Assembly (NCBI RefSeq): GCF_009914755.1
Contig: NC_060944.1
Length of the DNA: 64,000 nucleotides
Source: the human T2T-CHM13v2.0 reference genome, Homo sapiens
Strand: one strand, 5' to 3'
Below, one piece after another: positions 44,196 through 64,000 of the stretch. The position numbers and the translations under genes are program-made. Under the pieces are notes generated by a model. The model saw only the letters and a list, made by a program, of their open reading frames with translations, searched no databases and was not told the DNA's origin. Positions within the stretch are counted from its first letter, which is position 1; the number at the start of each line of letters is the position of its first letter.

Positions 44196-46619
44196 CTACC
44201 CGCATGACCCTCAGTGGGCCATTCTTGCTCAAGGACGTTCTGCTCGGAGCTTTCTCAGGCTTTCTCTGGGAGTGGGGTGGGCTGCTTTATCCTCTCACCC
44301 CTCTTCCAAGGCCATCTGGCTGCTTTGTGAGAGAGATCCCTGGGGGTAGGAGGTGGGGCCTGTGAGTTTCAGCCCCTGATTCCCACCTGCCCAGTGTGGT
44401 GGCCCCTTTTCACTCTCACCCATGCTGTGTGACTTCAGGCAAGTTCTTCAACCTCTCTGTGTCTTAATGTCCTCAACAGTAAGATAAAGACATGATTAGT
44501 ATTTACCTCCTAGATTATCATGAGGAGCCGATGAGTCAATGTTTGCAAAGTACTTAGAGCAAGGTCCAATTCAAGGTCTGAGCTCTGGGAGTATTTGAAT
44601 ACCACGGAATGATATTTAGTCTTTTCAGTGTGGCATTGCAGGAACAAAGTAGGATGCAAATTATACATCCATGCCCATTTAGTCTTTTGTCTATTCTGCA
44701 AATAGTTCCAGAGCACCTAGTGGGTGTCAGGCCCGTCCTGGTCTCTGGGGGCATGGAGATGGATCCTGCCTGGCCCTGACAGCCGCGAGTGCACAGTGGA
44801 GGGCACTGGGTGGACCCCAGTTTGTTGACCGTCTTGCGTTGCTGTGACGCTGGAAGGAAACGCACCACCACACCCAGGTGTTTGTCTTCTAGGGGCAGAA
44901 TTATGGGGCATTTTCTTTTATTTTTTCTTTTCTTTTTTTTTAATCTTCTTGTAGTTCTCAAAGAGTCCACTCTGAATGATAAAAGTTACCATTTACGGAG
45001 GCCTGGTAACGTTCCGTGCCATCCTGAGCATGTTCCGTGTACTTTTCTCACGGATTCTCCCAGCAGTCCTGACACGGGTGTTATTCCCGATCGATAGAGA
45101 GGAAAACTGAGGCGAAGGGCGGCCGGCCAGGATTCAAACCAGGGAGTCTGCTCCAGCACTCCGGCTCTTAACCTCAACCGTCTGCCTCTCCACAAACACC
45201 AGGATCAACCACCAAGACCAAAAAAACAGTCTCACAAACCATCAAACATTGCACTTGGTGGCTCAGGACCTTAGCTTCGTCTTAAAGGTCCCTGTTATGC
45301 TTTTTCTGAGTGCCCCAGTGTGGAGTGGTCTTCGTGTTTGTGAGTGCAGGGGTCAGGGGTTGTGTCTTTTCTTCTTGTCCCCTTCCAAGAGGTGACATGT
45401 ATCCTTGATACTGGAAGGGCCCTTAAGGTCTAGCCCTGGCTCTCTGTCTCCCTTCATGGCACATCAGCCAAGTACCCATTCTCCCGTCTTTGATTACCTC
45501 CAGTGACAGGGAGCTCACTCCTCAACATTTATTTTATTCTAAAGAAAATTCAGGCTCTTAGATAGTTCTTCCTCCATAAAAATTTTTTAAAAAAATTTTT
45601 ACTTCCTCTTAAAGTCTCATAAACAAGTCCCCTGCTTTGGGGTCCTGAGGCAGGACCTGGCTAATTCGTCTCTATGTCCCCCTATAGTGAGGAGCACAGG
45701 GCCTGCTAGTAGGTACTATAAATGCTGCACCAGGAAGCAAGTGGCTAGGGGGCGGGCTGGTTGGGCCCCCATCAATCCTTGGGCTGCAGGTAACCAGGTC
45801 AGCAGTTCTTGTGGGACACCAGCTGGGTGAGTGCTGATGGGTATCGTGACCTCAATGGAATAGGTTGCCATAGAAACTGACTTTGGACCTGTCCCCAGGT
45901 CCATTGACTTGTCCCTCAGGAGACCATGGTAATCCCTTGAGCTCTTCAGCAGGTCTCCCCAGGGCCTCCCCAACCCCACATTCTCTGAGCTGGGTGGTCC
46001 CCAGGGAGCATGCAAACCATACCCCCATTGTGCAGCTGGGTAGCCTGAGGCCCCAGGGGCACAGGGGACAGGCTGAAATTCACACAGGCAGGGGGCGTCT
46101 CATAGCTGGGCTGGGCGCTCAGGGCAAACAGCCTTGCCCGAGGACCCAGCCAGTCAGGGGGCCTTTTCCCCACTCATGGGTTCTCAGAGGAAATTCTGGA
46201 CCGATTCCCAGGCCTTCTGCCTCCCCAAAGAATAATCGGAACCTGCCTCCCTGGTGTGTCCAGAATTACACAATATCAATAACGGCTGAGGTGACCTGTG
46301 ATGCCCCTAGCACCCTACAGTGTCTTGTGCATTTATCACAATGACCCCATCGTTACAGATGAGGAAACGGCACAGAGAGAAGTTAAGTCACATGCCTAAG
46401 GTTACACAGCTATTTAGGGGTAGAGCCAGGATCTGGATGTGGAGAGCCCAGCTCCAGAGCCCACTCTCACCACCATGCCATACCCTGTCTCGCTCTTGCT
46501 TTGAGAGGGTTGAAAAGACTTTGGGAGGGTTGAAGGATATTTCAGGTCTAGGAGGCTCTTAGCACGGGCCTGCTAGAGCCATAGCCTGATGAACAGTGAT
46601 CAGAGAGTGGGCGCCATTA

Positions 46620-46800
46620 TGATTTCTCTTTCTAATGACATCCTCAAAACAGTGCTGAGATGTCTGCTTTATCCCTGCTTTGCAGATGAGGACGCTGAGG
46701 CCCAGAGAGGGAAAGCCACTTGCCTAGGGACACACAGCGGGGAGAGGTGGAGCAGGGCCTCTATTTCGAGACCCCTGACTCCACACCTGGTGTTTGTGCC
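46620..46800 (-). mobile_element. MIR hosting exon 1C acceptor
   Basis: tttgcagatgaggacgctgaggcccagagagggaaagccacttgcctagggacacacagc is a clear antisense MIR core. Confidence 0.85.
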
Positions 46801-46853
46801 AAGACCCCAGGCTGCCTCCCAGGTCCTCTGGGACAGCCCCTGCCTTCTACCAG
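46686..46853 (+). other. SRC: SRC non-coding exon 1C (168 nt), MIR-derived 5' part
   Basis: ccctgctttgcag|ATGAGGACGCTGAGGCCCAGAGAGG ... CTTCTACCAG|gtgaga; splices to GACCATGG of exon 2. Confidence 0.88.
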
Positions 46854-47069
46854 GTGAGATGATGGCCCTATCAGGGCTCAAGATGGGTGGGGAGATCCCA
46901 GCGAATCTGGGTGGGAGCTGGGACCAGCCAGGGCCTGCGGATGGGGAAATGGGAGGCAGAGGGTGGTGGCAGGACTGTGGGCGTCAGGGGGAGTTTTCAA
47001 CTTGGTTTACTCTGTGTTTCCGTCTCTCTGGACCTCCCAGGTTTCTGGCTCTGAAGTCCCTTAGCTCTT

Positions 47070-47410
47070 AAATAGTCACTCATTCGTTCAGCTGTTTACT
47101 GAGCACCTACTGTGTGCCACACCCCATGCTAGGCACTGGGAGCACAGCAGTGAACAAGATGAACAAAAGCCCACGACAGTAGTCACATAACCACATGAAT
47201 TCAAACAACAAAAACAAAACAGGACCACATGTTATCAAAGACAGACACAAGTCAGGGGGACCCAGTGAAAGGATTTGGGGAACACTTCCCAAGGAGGGGA
47301 CTTTTGAGTTGAGAACGGAAGGAGGCACCAGTCACCCTGGTGAAGTGGCCAGGGAACAGCATTTGGGCAGTGGGAATGGTATGTGTGAAGGCCCTGTGGC
47401 TGGAGTGAGC
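47070..47410 (-). mobile_element. L2 3' fragment (others near 6590-6665 +, 11530-11575 +, 49400 -, 49740 -)
   Basis: cattcgttcagctgtttactgagcacctactgtgtgcca...ctaggcactgggagcacagcagtgaacaaga. Confidence 0.7.
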
Positions 47411-47756
47411 TCCCAGCCATCTCTGCTTCAAACCTCCTGCTGTATGGCCTTGGCTGCCACTTTTAGCACCTTTCCCCAGCGTTAGGCAATTCCCGTCAGC
47501 CACGTATTCATTCAACAAACCCTCAATGAGCCCCCTCCATGTGCTAGGTGCCCGGGACATAGGCGTGGCTCAGATACTGTCCCTGCCAGGAGGGAGGGAA
47601 ACAGTGACTCAGGGGGAGGTGGGTGGGTAAGGTCAGGGCTTCTGATTATGAGGCATTTCTTCCGTTCCTGGCGCTGGACCGAGGAAGCCCTTTACGGATG
47701 GATGCCATCCTTACGCTCATTTTACAGATGAAGACATCGAGGTTTTGAGAGGCTAA

Positions 47757-62019
<14,263 letters not shown>

Positions 62020-63609
62020 TGACGGGGCCCTGTTGTAAATCTGGAGCTCCCCAGCGGTGGCTGGCACCGAGTTGGGTTGTGGCCACCCAAGCACTGTGCC
62101 CCGGACCGTGCAAACCATAGTGCCTGATTCCAAGATCCGCACAGGGCTGGGCATTGCACAGACCTGCTGTGTAGGCTGGGCCCGGTGGCCTCACTCAGAG
62201 CCTCAGTCTTCCCGACTGTGAATGGGGCTGGTGACAGTGGGACCTATGGGAGACTGTGGAGACCCTGACCCAGTGCGTGTCCACACACTAGCTGTTCGCC
62301 ATGGAGAGAGAAGCCCGGCTCGCAGGAGGGAGTGCTGGGAAGCTTAGGTCTGGCATGGTCTGGGCCTGTTAGCGATTTCCCGTCTGACCCTGGAGAAACA
62401 GCAAAGCATGAGCACCGTGCAGCCCTGACAAAACCCAGGCCCCTCTTCCACCGGATGCTTTCTGCTCACACGGAGGGACCGGAGGCCAGGGTGGAGGAGA
62501 GACGGCGGTTGTAACCCCGTAAGCCCATGGTGCTAGCGGGGATCACGGTGCGCTGTTTTCAAGGTGGTTTCATCTGAGCCGCATCTCCACTCACTCCCAC
62601 TGCCTCCACGTTCCGCCCTCCAGAGGGCTGATGGAGGAGAGCAGAGCGGCCTCCTGGGTGGAAGGCACTGCAGGGACAGAGGCCTGGAGGCTGGAGGTCA
62701 GGCTGTCCGGGAAGGGGAGGCGTGGGCTTTGAGCTGGTGAGAGGGGAGAGGGGTGAGAAGCCAGGGTGTGGGCACAGCCACAAAGTGAGGACTTGAGCAA
62801 CACCTGGGTGAATGCACAGCGTCAGCCATTATGGTGGCTGCAAAACTCATTTCTGGCTTGGGTGAGAGGTGCTGTCCCTGGGAAGGGCCTCACTTCCTCC
62901 CTGGGTGCTCCAGGTCGACTCATGAAGTGCCACATGCAGATGGCCTGAGCCAGCAGGGCCACAGAGATTGGCCTGAGCCCCAACCCTCGGACGGAGGCCC
63001 AGCGACTGGGAGGAACGGGCCCAAGGTCACACATCAAAGGAACCTCGAGGCCCACTGGGACAAGAACCTGGATTAAACATGCTGGTCTAGAATGCAGCTT
63101 CCCCCAGAGCCCCACAGTTAGAAAAGCAGATAGTAGTGAAATGATAACCACATTACTTACTGAGCCCTCACGGTGGGGCTGGCCCAGTGGTTAAAATCTC
63201 ATTCAATCCTCAAACAGCTCCACGGGTAGGCACTATGGAATCCCCATTTTCCAGATGAGATAACTGAGGCTTAGAGAGGGGAACTGACTCTCCCATGGTC
63301 TCTCCGCTGGCAGGAGGCGGAGGTGAGAGGCTCTGGCCAGCCTGACCCCCAAGCCCTCATGCTTAGGACAGTGTCTCATTTTGGGGGGCGGGTGGGCTCC
63401 AGAGGTGACCTCTTGTTCTGGCAACAGCCTTAGAAATCCCTGGGCCAGCTCCACATCACCCCTGGCTTCCACCAGTACACATTGCATTTGCTAACACATG
63501 AGGCACGTTCAAAGTCCTGCTCAGAGGGAACATGACTAACCCAGAAGTGACACCGGTTGAGTTGGAACCTTGGTCCCCTATCTGTCTAGGCTAATAAGCT
63601 GCTTTTTAG

Positions 63610-63909
<300 letters not shown>

Positions 63910-64000
63910 TGGACATTCTTAATAATCACAGTCCCGACAACAGCTACTGGTTCTTGAGCATTTAATCCTAGTAACAGTGCCATGAGGAGCACCCTGTCAT

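Overview
Human (primate) genomic DNA containing the 5' two-thirds of the SRC proto-oncogene on the + strand. It includes about 8.7 kb of repeat-rich upstream DNA, two alternative promoters/first exons (HNF1-site promoter with exon 1alpha; CpG-island promoter with exon 1A) and two further non-coding exons (1B, 1C). Coding exons 2-7 give 859 nt = 286 codons + 1 nt: SH4/unique, SH3, SH2, linker and the kinase P-loop; the gene continues beyond the window. Both neuronal microexons, N1 (18 nt) and N2 (33 nt), are present. The rest is MIR/L2/Alu/L1/MaLR repeats and tandem repeats; almost all ORFs in the supplied track are spurious. I see no prokaryotic-type system. The most striking observation is that exons 1alpha, 1B and 1C all appear to derive from antisense MIR SINEs cut at the same MIR core position, used as a donor in 1alpha and an acceptor in 1B/1C, so splicing re-assembles a chimeric MIR carrying a splice-dependent set of uORFs. 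Other leads are a tandem GRHL/TFCP2 site with a candidate internal promoter in intron 6, a very young AluYa5/Ya8-like insertion forming a near-abutting inverted Alu pair, a three-layer nested L1/L1/Alu block, and an old local duplication upstream. Repeat subfamily calls are from remembered consensus sequences and were not computed.
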